Shown here one piece after another: positions 47,979 through 58,900 of a DNA stretch of 58,900 nucleotides; position 1 is the stretch's first letter; each line of letters begins with the position of its first letter. A model generated the notes under the pieces. It saw nothing but the letters and a program-made list of their open reading frames with translations. It was not told the DNA's origin and did not search any database. This stretch comes from Nemertoderma westbladi (Eukaryota > Animalia > Xenacoelomorpha). A program made the position numbers and the translations under genes. The DNA lies in contig JAUCBJ010008789.1 of NCBI GenBank assembly GCA_032718475.1, forward strand, positions 1 to 58,900, given 5' to 3'.

Positions 47979-50900
47979 ATGACTGAGTTGATAGAAGATG
48001 ATCTTGGTATCAGGGAGCGATATACTCTACCTTTACAAGCGTTTGTCGATAGCTTGATACGCGGCGACGCTGGTCCAACTACTATGGAGGACGATGGCCG
48101 TTATATCGAACCGCCAATGTCCCAGGAGCAACTTAAGCGTGAATTGGATTATAGAAAGTTCACCGCTCGCTATACGCATCGTAATGGTACGTATATGGAC
48201 TTCTTAACTACTGGCCATCATATCGATTTACACGATACGGACGATGTAGACACCGAAAGGGAAATGGTTTTATTTAAATATCATACCCAGCGGAGTCGGA
48301 ACGATACACCGAGAATAGAACACGAGAACTCTATTCGAAACAGACTCGCAAGGGAAGACGTTGAAGAACCGGATAAACGCAGCGACTTCAACGATTATCT
48401 GGAATTCCTGAGAGAGACATATCTCAATATTGCCAGCCAACAAAATCTCGAAACTCGATATCCTCAAGGTATACATCATGATCCTATGATAGAACTCAAA
48501 CGACTCTATTTCACCATGATGTATCTTACCACCAATCGACCGCTACCTGTCGTCCCAGATAGCTTCGAACAGATGGAAGAATATTGTAAAACTGGAGAAT
48601 GATCACCCGCGTTTCCCCTGCAGGACGTGCGTCTTTGGTATTACTGCGACGAATGCCCTAGACCCAATCAGCAAACGGAAAGACATAAACATCCGCGGAG
48701 ACGTTGCGCTAAACACAGTTTTACACGATATACTTATGGGAGTTTCGAGCGAAACCTGTTCGACGTATCACCTACGGTCGCTCGGCTCAAACGATCCTTG
48801 AATAAACCAATGATCAGAGTTCCGGAGTACTCGGTCAGACCTCCTCATTCCTCAGTTAGACCTCAGACTCTTGATCCTAATAGTATCACGGATCCTCCCG
48901 AACTGTACTCACTGTTCAAAGATCTAGTGTTACCCGAACAGTTGATCGGTGGCACTCCGGTAGTAGGCTCGCTAGATATTCGCCAACCCTAACTAGCCGG
49001 ATTAGGACGCGGTCATATGATATCGCCGTTTAACCCGTACAACCGTCCCGGCTTAACCCCAATACAACCCGTTACGGAAGTCGAAGAGAGCATCGTACGA
49101 AACGCGTTAGACGCTATTCGGCAGAAAATCGGAAAGGGAACTTACGATTGTTTGGAGAAACGTAAATTGCAGCAACAAGTCCAAGCGGTGAAGGAATTAG
49201 CTTTATCCCAGTTCGATAGAGAAATACAAAATCTCGAGGAGGACATCGAACGTGGACGAACCTACTCTTTACAAGAGTTCCTAGATGAGCGTCTACAACA
49301 ACAAGCGGAGGAAAATCAGCTCGAGGGGAGACATATAGAACTAGATGAGAGAGAAGAAGCAGCTTTAGCTCAACCCGAAGCTCAAATCCTTATGACGGAT
49401 CTCTACTCTAAAACCATCCTTCATCCCTCGATGGTTCCCCATTTCGGAGACAAACTCTTTGCGACGGTACAACCCCAACCGGTTGATATCAACCTAAGAT
49501 CTCGAGATCTTATAGCTGACGCTCCCATGTTGCAACGTCCGCCCATCGAAGCCGCTCGTGTCGATGGTATACTCGTTGAACCTCCGGACAATAGAGCGGA
49601 TCTTGTCCGTCGCATGGTACACGATGTTAACATACGCGCTAGACCTTTACCGGACTCGTTTTATGGGATCAAAGATCACCCTTATTACGTCAATCTAACG
49701 CAATATTACATGGTAAAACCAGAAGATCCTACACATAGTCTGAGGTTTCTACCACTCATAAATCCTCTCGATCTTGTCGAACTCGAACAACTGCAGAAAC
49801 ATCTGGATCAGTTAGTTAAAATAAACTCATTTCGAAAACCATACAATGTTTCCAGAATAGAGAAAGAAACAATACCTCCGTATAATCTTGATGGATTCAT
49901 CAAAACTCGATTAGTACACTGGAATCTTGACGTGTTATTCGAGGAGGAAAGAATACAACGATATGGAGATGTGGAAACATATACTACACAATATTTAAAG
50001 TATAGAGACCTACCTAATGCTAGCGAATGCGCTACCTTGTGGCATCCAGTGGGAATGACCCTCGAAAACGCCACTAAAGAGTGGAACGAAACTCTTAACG
50101 TTATCGAGATGTATGGAGTTGTCACTTACGATAACGAAGGTAGCGTTCCGGTTGGAGAACTGGGAACTACGCGGATGATACACATACGAGGACTCGCTGG
50201 TTCTACCCACGTATTTACTCGAGCGTGTTCCGATGTGATTGATTATTCTTTTGAGACTCTTACTGAGACACAAAAGAAACTCCGACATGGACAATTCGAA
50301 CTCGCGCAGCGTTACGTCACCGACACCGAGCGCAAACCGGCCATGGGTATCGATGGATCGATGTTACCCCAGCCCGTGCTGGAGATGTTGTTTAACGAAA
50401 GAATCCTTAAAATTGGCTCAGCTGTTTATGGAGATTTACAAAACGACTTTCGGAATATGGAGAACATTCCATACCCTTTCGTTGATACTCAGCTGATTGC
50501 TCCCTGGGCAGAAGGCCGAGGTTTCTTCCGCACTATGTATGCCAATACACCCAGTGGCATTACTAAAGTACAACGAACCTCCATCGGACATCTTGCCTTT
50601 CAAGAATACGGATGGAATTTCAAGGTTGGAAATCCCATCAATTACCAACAAGTATATGGAGATCATTATTCTCGTTTATACTTTGATGGACCATTGACCG
50701 CACCTGGCGCCGTGTATAGCTTTATGAGTGTTCCACTTCGTCCCTCCTTAGCTATATACACGATCTTTGAAAACGCAGCACTTGCCGGTTGGCTAGCCGA
50801 TGTGTGCAGTCGTACCATATGCGCCCATCCCTTAATACTTGGAACCAAACTCGCCAAGTTAGATGAACACAATAAATTCATCCGCTTCGAATGTTTCAGG

Positions 50901-52232
50901 TGTTTTCTGACTCCGTTCCATAACGTTGATAGTCAGTTCAAGGACCGCGCTCTGACCAAACTCAGCCTTAGAGACTCAGCTGCGGAGAAGCTTAACAGCG
51001 CGGGATTTGCCCTCTTTCAGGACGTTTGTATACAGAACTTACATTCATCTGTTATACAAAGACCCCGAATACCCACAGGTTATTCTGTCGTGGAAGTTCA
51101 GACAGTGGGTCCGCTTGCGGAGACAGCCGCACCTACCTCAGCTATGCAATTGGAAGACGAACCAATATGCTTAGAATCTGAGGCGATTCAGCCTACAGCG
51201 CCCCGGAGCAGCGATAACGATTACGTCTTAGAGTGGTATCAAGGTCCACAATGTCTCACCGCATACGATTATCGACACGCCAACTATGTTTCTCGAAAAC
51301 GTTGTCGATTATGCTCATCGAGAGACCATTTCACCCCTATGGACTCAGACGTACCCTGCTCCTATTTCCACAAACAACCGATGATGGAGATCTATTGTGC
51401 GTATTGCAGACTTAATAACTCGCATATTTTTGCAGTCTGCCCCCAATTTATGACCCAATGCCACCACTGTCAACTTAAAGGACATGCCAGTTATAATTGC
51501 CCCTTTAACCGCGATTTAGAAAGCGTAGATGAGATGATTACCCTGCGCTACATCCGAGCTTGGGAAGCGAACGCGGATTTACATTGTGAGTCCCGCCATC
51601 GCTATTACCCTGGACGCTCTTACGAGGGAGTTTACGCGTTCCATCCTTATTTATTCGCGTCTGTGGAACAAAAAACACGCACACCGAGTTACGAACTAAT
51701 GAAGCGTGTTGGTGAGTGTATTTCCACCAAATTTGTTCGAAAATATCTTAGGAACGTCAATCCTAACGATATTACTTCATACCATTTGATCAATTTCATC
51801 CGTCAAGACCCTGAGTATGGCGATTTATTTATCAACTCGCACCCTGAGTTACAGGAAGTATCTCGACGGCCCTACGAATATCGAGCCCGAGAACGTGAGC
51901 TGGAAAGAACCATTAAACTGAGGAAGTTTCTCACCACTCACGGTCCACCTACCGCCATTGTCCAGACGACCCGTCAAGGACCCGTAGGAGCTGCTGTCCT
52001 AAGACGCGCCCTAAAGGCCGTTAGACCTCGCTCCACTGAAGTTGATATCGATCAACCAGGTACCTCGACCGGCGGATACACCGATCGTAATCCTAAACCT
52101 TCTAATGCAATTGTATTGCACCCTTCACCCAGGAGTTACAGCCCTCCTAGTAAAGTGGCTCGCCCCAAAGAGAAAAGGACTCTTGCTAGCCTCAAAAAAC
52201 TGCGTAAACGCCGTCCGCGTAAGAAAGACTAA
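47979..52232 (+). pseudogene. outer ORF3: zinc-finger region, DEDDy-like exonuclease, three CCHC knuckles, basic tail; in-frame stops at 48600 and 48990
   Basis: ORFs 47979, 48627 and 49017 share a frame. 'TYDNEG', 'IHIRGLAGSTHVF', 'LPQPVLEMLFNERILKIGSAVYGDL', 'FVDT', 'SIGHLAFQEYGWNFK', 'PLRPSLAIYTIFE'. Knuckles CRLC..H..C, CAYC..SH...C, CHHC..GH...C. Confidence 0.78.
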
Positions 52233-52309
52233 CTGTTTAGTGTATTTTTATATTTTAGAAACTGTGATTTTTATATTTTATAGACTTAAATCCCATTTTC
52301 TGGGAGCGG

Positions 52310-53491
52310 TGTAAAAGCTTTTGCGGAATTAACCGGTTATTTTCCCTGCAAAGTACTCTGTAGTTGGTTTAACAGGCAAAAAAGGCCGTGTCCTTACTGT
52401 ACTGGTGTTTTAAGGGACATAAAAAGCTATTTCTTCTGTATGTGTACTTTAGCGGACATAATTAGCAATTCTATGACGCAATGCGCTGGATCCTCTTGAA
52501 ACAGTGTAGTTACTATGACGACAGCTAACAGCTGAGCTGTACACGTGTAGATTTTCCCTTGTTCTCTGGTGTTTCTTTGTTCGGTCAACCAATCAGAGCG
52601 ATTCTCCTGCTTTTGTACAGAAACCTCCGAGAAATCGTGCAATGCATTATGGGTCAATGTTTACATTTTTGTCTTGAGCCTAGAAGACCGGCTTTTGGAA
52701 TCTCTGTGTTTTTCAGTCTTTAGCCCAACATTAGTAGGCTTAATTATAGAACGTATATCTGTTATCATAACAAACCATATCAAACAAACTTAACTTATCA
52801 TACCAATTCATAACCATTCATACCTTAACATTTGTACTGCTGTTTACTGTCGGTTATTCATTATATCTGTTGATGGAATATTATATTTGGAATACTGATA
52901 AATAATTACAAACCCTCGATCTTCTTGATATACTGAAGGTTAGAGAGACCGGTTACATATAACGATTGCGACTTACATTAAAGTGGTTTGAAGTGAATCT
53001 AATGCTATTTCATAGGCACTACATGTATTGTCTGTTGTTCTCTTTATATGTGACTAAAATTAGTGAAGGTCGGCAGATCAGTGTGCAGCATTGTGCAGTA
53101 TTGTGTATGATTGTGACTGATAACAAAGCATCTCCTAAAGAATGCGCCATATACGTGAATCTATAGCCATCCTGTTGTGTCTAGTTTAAGTCATAACTCT
53201 GTTTACATATTTAGAGCGCCACGTCCTAAAGGAACTGTTAATATTTCCCGAAAGTGAATAATATTTGTCAGAGATTATATATTACGATCAGTCGAATAAT
53301 ACAGTAGGCCTACACCGCAATACGGTTAAGCTTCCGAATCCCGGGTATATCCAGCGGGTGAATGATCGCGCATAGACTGGCTTCGGCTAATGTAGTGTAT
53401 CAAATACTTGTCAGAGGCTAAAGACGATCTATTATCTAAAAGACATCCCAATTTGGCAGGTTAAACTGCTAAAGGTCTGAAAGCGCGAACA
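52310..53491 (+). repeat. 3' LTR of outer element
   Basis: Preceded by TGGGAGCGG; TGTAAAAG...GAACA, followed by TSD CTCAC. Confidence 0.95.
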
Positions 53492-54404
53492 CTCACTCAC
53501 CCTACTCGTATTGCGAGTGATTCTGATTTACTATAAATAAATTCAGGTGTAGGGCCTACTGTACTTTCTGTTTGTCGAAGTAGGCCTACTATTGTAGATG
53601 TAGATACAGTGTAGATCAGTTGCTATTAATTAGACCTACAGTGGCCTACTACACTATATTGTAGGCCTAAACATTGTGCGCGGAAGTTACTGTATGATGT
53701 CTACTTGTTAGTAACCGCGTATGGCTATTATTATACTACGGCTATTTTAAATACTTTTAACGTTGCTAGGCTTCCATGTACTGTTTACAACAAGGGCTCC
53801 TTTATCAGACAGCCATAGACGCAGACAAGTTGCCACCCTCTATATAGGAAATAACTGATAAGATAAAACTATATAGTACTGTATTCCCCTCTACCAATCT
53901 TTATGTACTTTCTGCAGCACCATCGCCAATATAATAAAATAAACTTTGAACCTCGGAAATATAGACCTACTTTATATTGTCAATTAATAAAATAGATACT
54001 GTAGACAATACAAGACATATTGGCGACAAAATTGTCACTCGGTTTGCCATTGTCCTTTCTTAGAGTCTGTGTGGCGAGTCATAACTATGAACTATCACTA
54101 AGATTTAGACCTTCTGAGATTATAAAAGGTCTCGAGCCTGACTGGTAAACTATGTTTCACATAAGTGCACAAAAATATTAAATTAAATTCGTACCATAAA
54201 ATTTTGGTGGATTTTGTGATTAATTAAGTTGTCGTTATCATTCAAAATCCTTTTGAATTTAATTCGTTCCAACTGAATCAAAAGATTGCAAAAGACTGCA
54301 CTCTGGTAATCGATAGCACGGTGGAGGATCGAGGAACAAACATCCCTTAAGGTCGACACAACATTCCATATCTTTCTATACTCTAGTTCTGGTTCTAGTT
54401 CTCA

Positions 54405-54725
54405 GGCCCACCTGGTTGAATTGGATTCACATCTCACGAGGTCGTGGATTCAACCCCCGCGTGGGGGCGAAGGCAGTTTTCGTTTCAGCACGAATGCTTT
54501 GAAGGGTCTAGCCAGGGCCCATCGCTGCCTTGCTTTCTTAAATGATAGCGAAATGAGTACTGCCGTTTCCTCTGGGGAGTATTATACTCCCCATTATACA
54601 ACTTATTTCCAGTGCGGTCCCCCCAGAACTATAATACTGTAGTTCTGGGGGGACCGCACTGTAAAGAAGTTGTCAGACTTTTAGCGTAATCCCTGGCCTA
54701 ATGGCCGACGAAAATTTACTTCCTA
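54405..54725 (+). mobile_element. possible degenerate SINE containing a perfect hairpin
   Basis: Box-B-like GGATTCAACCCC, 'AAATGAGTAC' and a 22-bp perfect inverted repeat at 54610-54661. Confidence 0.3.
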
Positions 54726-55329
54726 CGTTTTTTTACTTTAATTTAGGTTGAAAACTTGTTGATGGACGAGATACTACAAAAACTACGCAATCAACTATAC
54801 TGTAGGCTACTGTACAGTGTTGTCCATTCAATGCAAGATCAGCTTGTAATAAACTAGCTGAACTAGATAACTTAGTCCGCAGCTCGGTAGGGGCCTATGT
54901 GATAATCTAGACAACTCAGTCCGCACCTCGGAATGTGATGCCGGGGGGGGGGGGGGGGGGGGGGGGTCTTTTCAAGTTTTCAGACATGCTCGTTCTGATA
55001 CAGTCAGTGGTGCGTTAAGTAAGGTATTGGTGCGTAATCAAGTGTGTCCCAGTAGAAATTAGTTGGCTTAACAACTCTTTAAACTGCGTGAGTTAAAATG
55101 GTCTGTCTCGCATTCTACTCACCCTCATAATGATAGAAGGTATGCTTTTACTGTATTTTGGAAAATGATCTCACTCAAAAAAATTAAATACTTAAGTACA
55201 GTAGGCACTGAGATTATTATTACAGTAGACCTTGTTTTTTCCATTTAAGAATCTAGTATTTTCAACGTAGAAAGAAGGTCATTTTTATCAATTTATTCTA
55301 TTCGGTTAAAATATGTTTGTTATGGTTGT

Positions 55330-55545
55330 GTTTTGCATTCTGTTGTTGACATTCGACACATTTTTTTTACAAACAGTAGGAGCCGTGACCGGGCTTCGAG
55401 AACATGGTTCGAATTGTTTACTAAATGTTCACGTTTAGTCATTTCTAAGAATGGTTTTAGTAACAGGATCGTCCCTATCTGGAATTCCTTGCCCGCGTAA
55501 GTTGAAAAAGCTCGGACGCAAATTTCTTTCAAAAAAACTATTTGT
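55330..55545 (+). pseudogene. CR1/L2-type LINE ORF2 C-terminal relic
   Basis: 'GFSNRIVPIWNSLPA*VEKA...SFKK' matches the F..R.V..WN.LP motif. Confidence 0.6.
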
Positions 55546-56317
55546 CGTCAGTGCTGTAGATTTGTGGCAGTTTGAGCAATTTAACCGCCACATCAACAAA
55601 GTAAAAGTAAGCCTGGTTTAATTGTAATTTCGATAATATTAATTTTCTACTGTACAGTATGTACAGATTTGGCACACCTTTTGTACACTGTACAGTAATG
55701 TACAATATTACCTTTAGTTAGTCCCTCTCGACGCACGCACCCTAAGTTCAGTCAGTCAGTTTGTCTGTCTGGTGGGTCTCCTCCCCCACTCTTATTCTAC
55801 TTTTCCAGTATGCGGAACCACTGTTGTGTGCCGAAGGAAACTTTTACTTATTTCAGTTGGGTATTCTCAGCGAGATTTCGCTGCTTTGTGAAACCAAATC
55901 TCGCTGCCTATTTCCTCACAATTGCAGCCAAATCGGGTTGCCTTTGAGATCTCCGAACATCAAAGGATGCCCGACTTGCTACTTGAGATCTGCTAGACAT
56001 ACCTGCTGGGATATGAGTGACATCTTTCTGAGTCTCAATTGCCTAACTACAAACTTCCCCAAGCCGTAGGTATCACGTACCTAATAATAGCAACAGACTC
56101 AGACTCCCAAATGGCCACTGGGCTTTAGTCAGATTGATGAATAGGATGGCCGCATCTATACCTACAGTAGGTCCAGAGCTATAGAGCTGTGATGTAACTC
56201 CTACATGTCTTACTACCAGCGAGGCTTTGTATTCACTTTCACAGGTTTCGTATATCAGTATAATCCTATTATATCGCTTAACAATCATGCATTAATATGC
56301 TAATATGCAGTATGCAC

Positions 56318-56632
56318 TACTACTAGGATCGGCATGCTGCATTGCAGCTGCATTTTTAAGAATGCTGTGCCGGCTTGTCAACAAAATTGCACCGCCACAA
56401 CTCCCTATCACCCATGACATTTGCTAGATCATCCGCATCTTTAAGGCCAGTGTCCTTTAAGATGCGTCTCAAGAAAGTCATGGGCTGTCCACCATGCTTA
56501 TTCACTCCATGAGGCTGCCAAAGTACAAGATTATGCACTGGCTGGTCCTCACGGCGAAAGCAATGTCCTGCAAAGCGGAGGCGATTTTGTTCTAGTGTCA
56601 AGCTTGGGGGAACCAATGAGACACCTCCAATG
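56318..56632 (-). mobile_element. short 5'-truncated copy of the RTE-like LINE at 9785-10983
   Basis: Near-identical to about 10664-10980, (TAG)n tail, flanking duplication ATGCAGTATGCAC at 56305-56317 and 56630-56642. Confidence 0.92.
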
Positions 56633-57053
56633 CAGTATGCACACTTCAGCACTTACAGTAGAGAATCAGAAATTGAATACATATCTGTATAAGTAAGTGA
56701 ATAAGCGTGTATGTATAGATGTGTTCGGTACGTTATATTGAAATTTATATCATTAGATAGAGCATATCGAAATACATATTTTGTATGTACAAAAATAAAT
56801 TTCTATGTATAGAAAAAGTTTTATTAGCAAATGAAGATGATCCACCCCGTTTCGCAGTGGACAGTCACTTTTTTAACAGCACACAAAAGCCAAGCGGCAC
56901 TGCCTTTCAACTAGTCTGGAGAAGTGTGTAGTGGAGATAGAGATGCCTGATAATTGACAGATGCAGTTCTGGCAGAGAGCCCTCTTTATATTTAGGCTAT
57001 TGAGGTATTGAGCTGTTTAATGGATTGGTTGTTGGAGACAATTAAATTGAACC

Positions 57054-58152
57054 CAGGGCCGGATTAAGGTTATCAGGGCTGTGGGCTGAGTAATAAAAAG
57101 GGCCATTTCCGACGGCTGAAAAATAACATGAAAACTATACTGTATACAGTAATATGTAGGCCCTACTGTAATTTAGTACACCGGTTAGCAAGTTAATGTT
57201 ACTGACTAAAACTAAACTAAAAAAAACTAAAACAAAAATGAAACTAAAAATACTGACTTTAAGTCCTTTAATTGTCATTAATTGTCCGTCCAGCGGGGGT
57301 CAATATTATTGGATGGTTTCAATACAATCAGGGCTGCTTTAACCTTTTCAAGTCCTCTGGGCAGTAAATTTCAAATTTTGACCAAAATTTCTAACATTCT
57401 TAATTCCGAATTTGCGACAGTTAGTTGACGGGAAACAGTAATTTTAAGTGGTACCGGTATTAAACGAACCTTTGAATCAACTTTCGAGTCATTTTAGTAT
57501 CCATCCATGTTTATAGTGAACATAGCCGAAATTTTACTGAAATATCGTCAAATGGCCCGTATTCTTAACCAAATTATAAACGTATTAGTCCCACCCTGGC
57601 ATATTATCAGTTTAATTTGGCAATTTGAACGAATTGAATTTCTATCAAATTCTCCTAACAATAAACGATAACGTAAACGAACACATATTTAGGGCTTCCT
57701 TCCTTCCGTTTATGAGGCTTTGCACAGCAGTTAAATTAGTGGAACTACTGTAAATCATTCCTCCTAGCGGCTGACAGAGGAAATATAGATGTCTGTCAGT
57801 GAGTAGAATTTCTAAACCTCTGATAGACTAATTATACCGCTACACAAAACGTTTATCTAGACTATATAGCTCGTTATATATTGTAAACGCGAGCGAAGCG
57901 TGCGGAAATTTTTTATAAACCTGTTTATAACTTTGTGATTTAAAATGGAATTTAGGTACCGAGTTGGGCTTTTCTTTTAAAGATTACCTTCAGATTGTAT
58001 TACTCAGCCACTCATCAGTTACTGTATTTTCGAATTTGGGGCCCCTTTCAAGACAGGGCCCCTAGGCTACAGTAGTAAGTTTTTGAGGGGCCGGTACAGT
58101 CGCTTGGGCCGTGGGCTTCAGCCCACACAGCCTCCCCCTTAATCCAGGCCTG
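57054..58152. mobile_element. non-autonomous hAT element
   Basis: TIRs CAGGGCCGGATTAAGG / CCTTAATCCAGGCCTG; 8-bp TSD ATTGAACC (57046-57053, 58153-58160). Confidence 0.88.
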
Positions 58153-58699
58153 ATTGAACCAGTACACTGTTGCATTACATTACATAAAATACTGCTGCTA
58201 CTACCAAGACCCACTCTGCTACTAATAACACAAAACACCTCACCATCCCGCCATGCCCATGACTAAGAACCAAAGAGACTAAAAGATGGGACTGCAATTA
58301 AAGAGTTTATTGATTGCTATTAACTGATTAACTGATTAAGTTAAGGAATATTTATGCTACAATTTCCAGGAAATGGAATACGGTATAGCCTACATTATTT
58401 ATTTTGATAAATGATTATATATGCAGATAGGCCTATGTGACATATTGTTACTTAAATTATTTATTTATTTTAATAAAATTGAATGGAAGAATGGGGGGTG
58501 GGGGATGATCAAGGGGAGGGGGGGGGGGGGTGGGGGGGGGGGGGAGACTCGACGCAATCAAAATTAAATCATCTCCAGGGGAAAATCGATGCAAATGACA
58601 GCTTATTACGCAATTGCACATATGACGCAATTCCTTGGCGAATTTGAATATTGTCTCCGCGAATTAACAATGTTAATTATTTTGTTCGACATTAAATAA

Positions 58700-58900
58700 T
58701 CAGGGGGGACAATAAATTGCCAATGACACTTACCCACAAATGATAAGATATTGTGGGGGGTAATTGCCCAGGGGGCAATTGTCCTCAGGGGGTAATGGTC
58801 CTCGGGGGCAATTGTCCGGGGGGCAATTGTCCTCAGGGCAATTATCCCTGGGGAACAATTGTCCTCCCTCACAGCCTCAGGGTGCAATTGTCTGCGGGGG
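58700..58900. repeat. GGGGCAATTGTCC tandem repeat array, truncated by window edge
   Basis: About 8 degenerate 15-17-bp units centred on CAATTG. Confidence 0.7.

Larger units (their letters stand above)
15337..53491 (+). mobile_element. outer BEL/Pao LTR retrotransposon with ORF3 (about 18.6 kb without the nested element)
   Basis: TG...CA LTRs at 15337-16519 and 52310-53491, 5-bp TSD CTCAC (15332-15336, 53492-53496), BEL-type gag-pol, purine tract before the 3' LTR. Confidence 0.95.
13288..53505. mobile_element. non-autonomous TIR DNA transposon (about 1.2 kb own sequence) hosting all nested insertions
   Basis: Left TIR GTAGGGTGAGTGAGGGAGACTTGA. The right TIR TCAAGTCTCCCTCAC|TCACCCTAC is split by the outer LTR element (15322-15336 plus 53497-53505). 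Internal GGAGACTTGA sub-terminal repeats. Superfamily uncertain. Confidence 0.8.

Noticed and set aside
55761-56288. Possible exon or ORF
   Set aside because: No recognisable protein motif or convincing splice context.

Overview
Eukaryotic, probably animal, repeat-rich DNA. Two intronless convergent housekeeping genes (ALYREF/THOC4-like 556-1290 +, RCC1L/WBSCR16-like 3657-5009 -) are followed by MITEs, a 19-bp minisatellite, and LINE and Gypsy relics. Most of the window is a nested structure. A non-autonomous DNA transposon (13288-53505) carries a BEL/Pao LTR retrotransposon (15337-53491, TSD CTCAC). A second, diverged BEL/Pao element (18268-37840, TSD TAAAG) sits in the 5' leader of the first, and its 3' LTR carries a Sola1-like MITE. 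Both BEL/Pao elements share an unusual design. (1) Neither has a tRNA primer-binding site; instead the 11-12 nt directly after each 5' LTR are the exact reverse complement of a segment inside the same LTR, resembling Tf1-type self-priming. (2) Each has a large non-env ORF3 encoding a zinc-finger region, a DEDDy-like 3'-5' exonuclease and three CCHC knuckles. (3) Each has a hairpin-rich spacer before ORF3. The inner element also has TA...TA LTR ends, a tRNA-like unit in the LTR and a dispersed 20-bp quasi-palindromic motif. Both copies carry in-frame stops. All calls were made by eye; no database searches were run.
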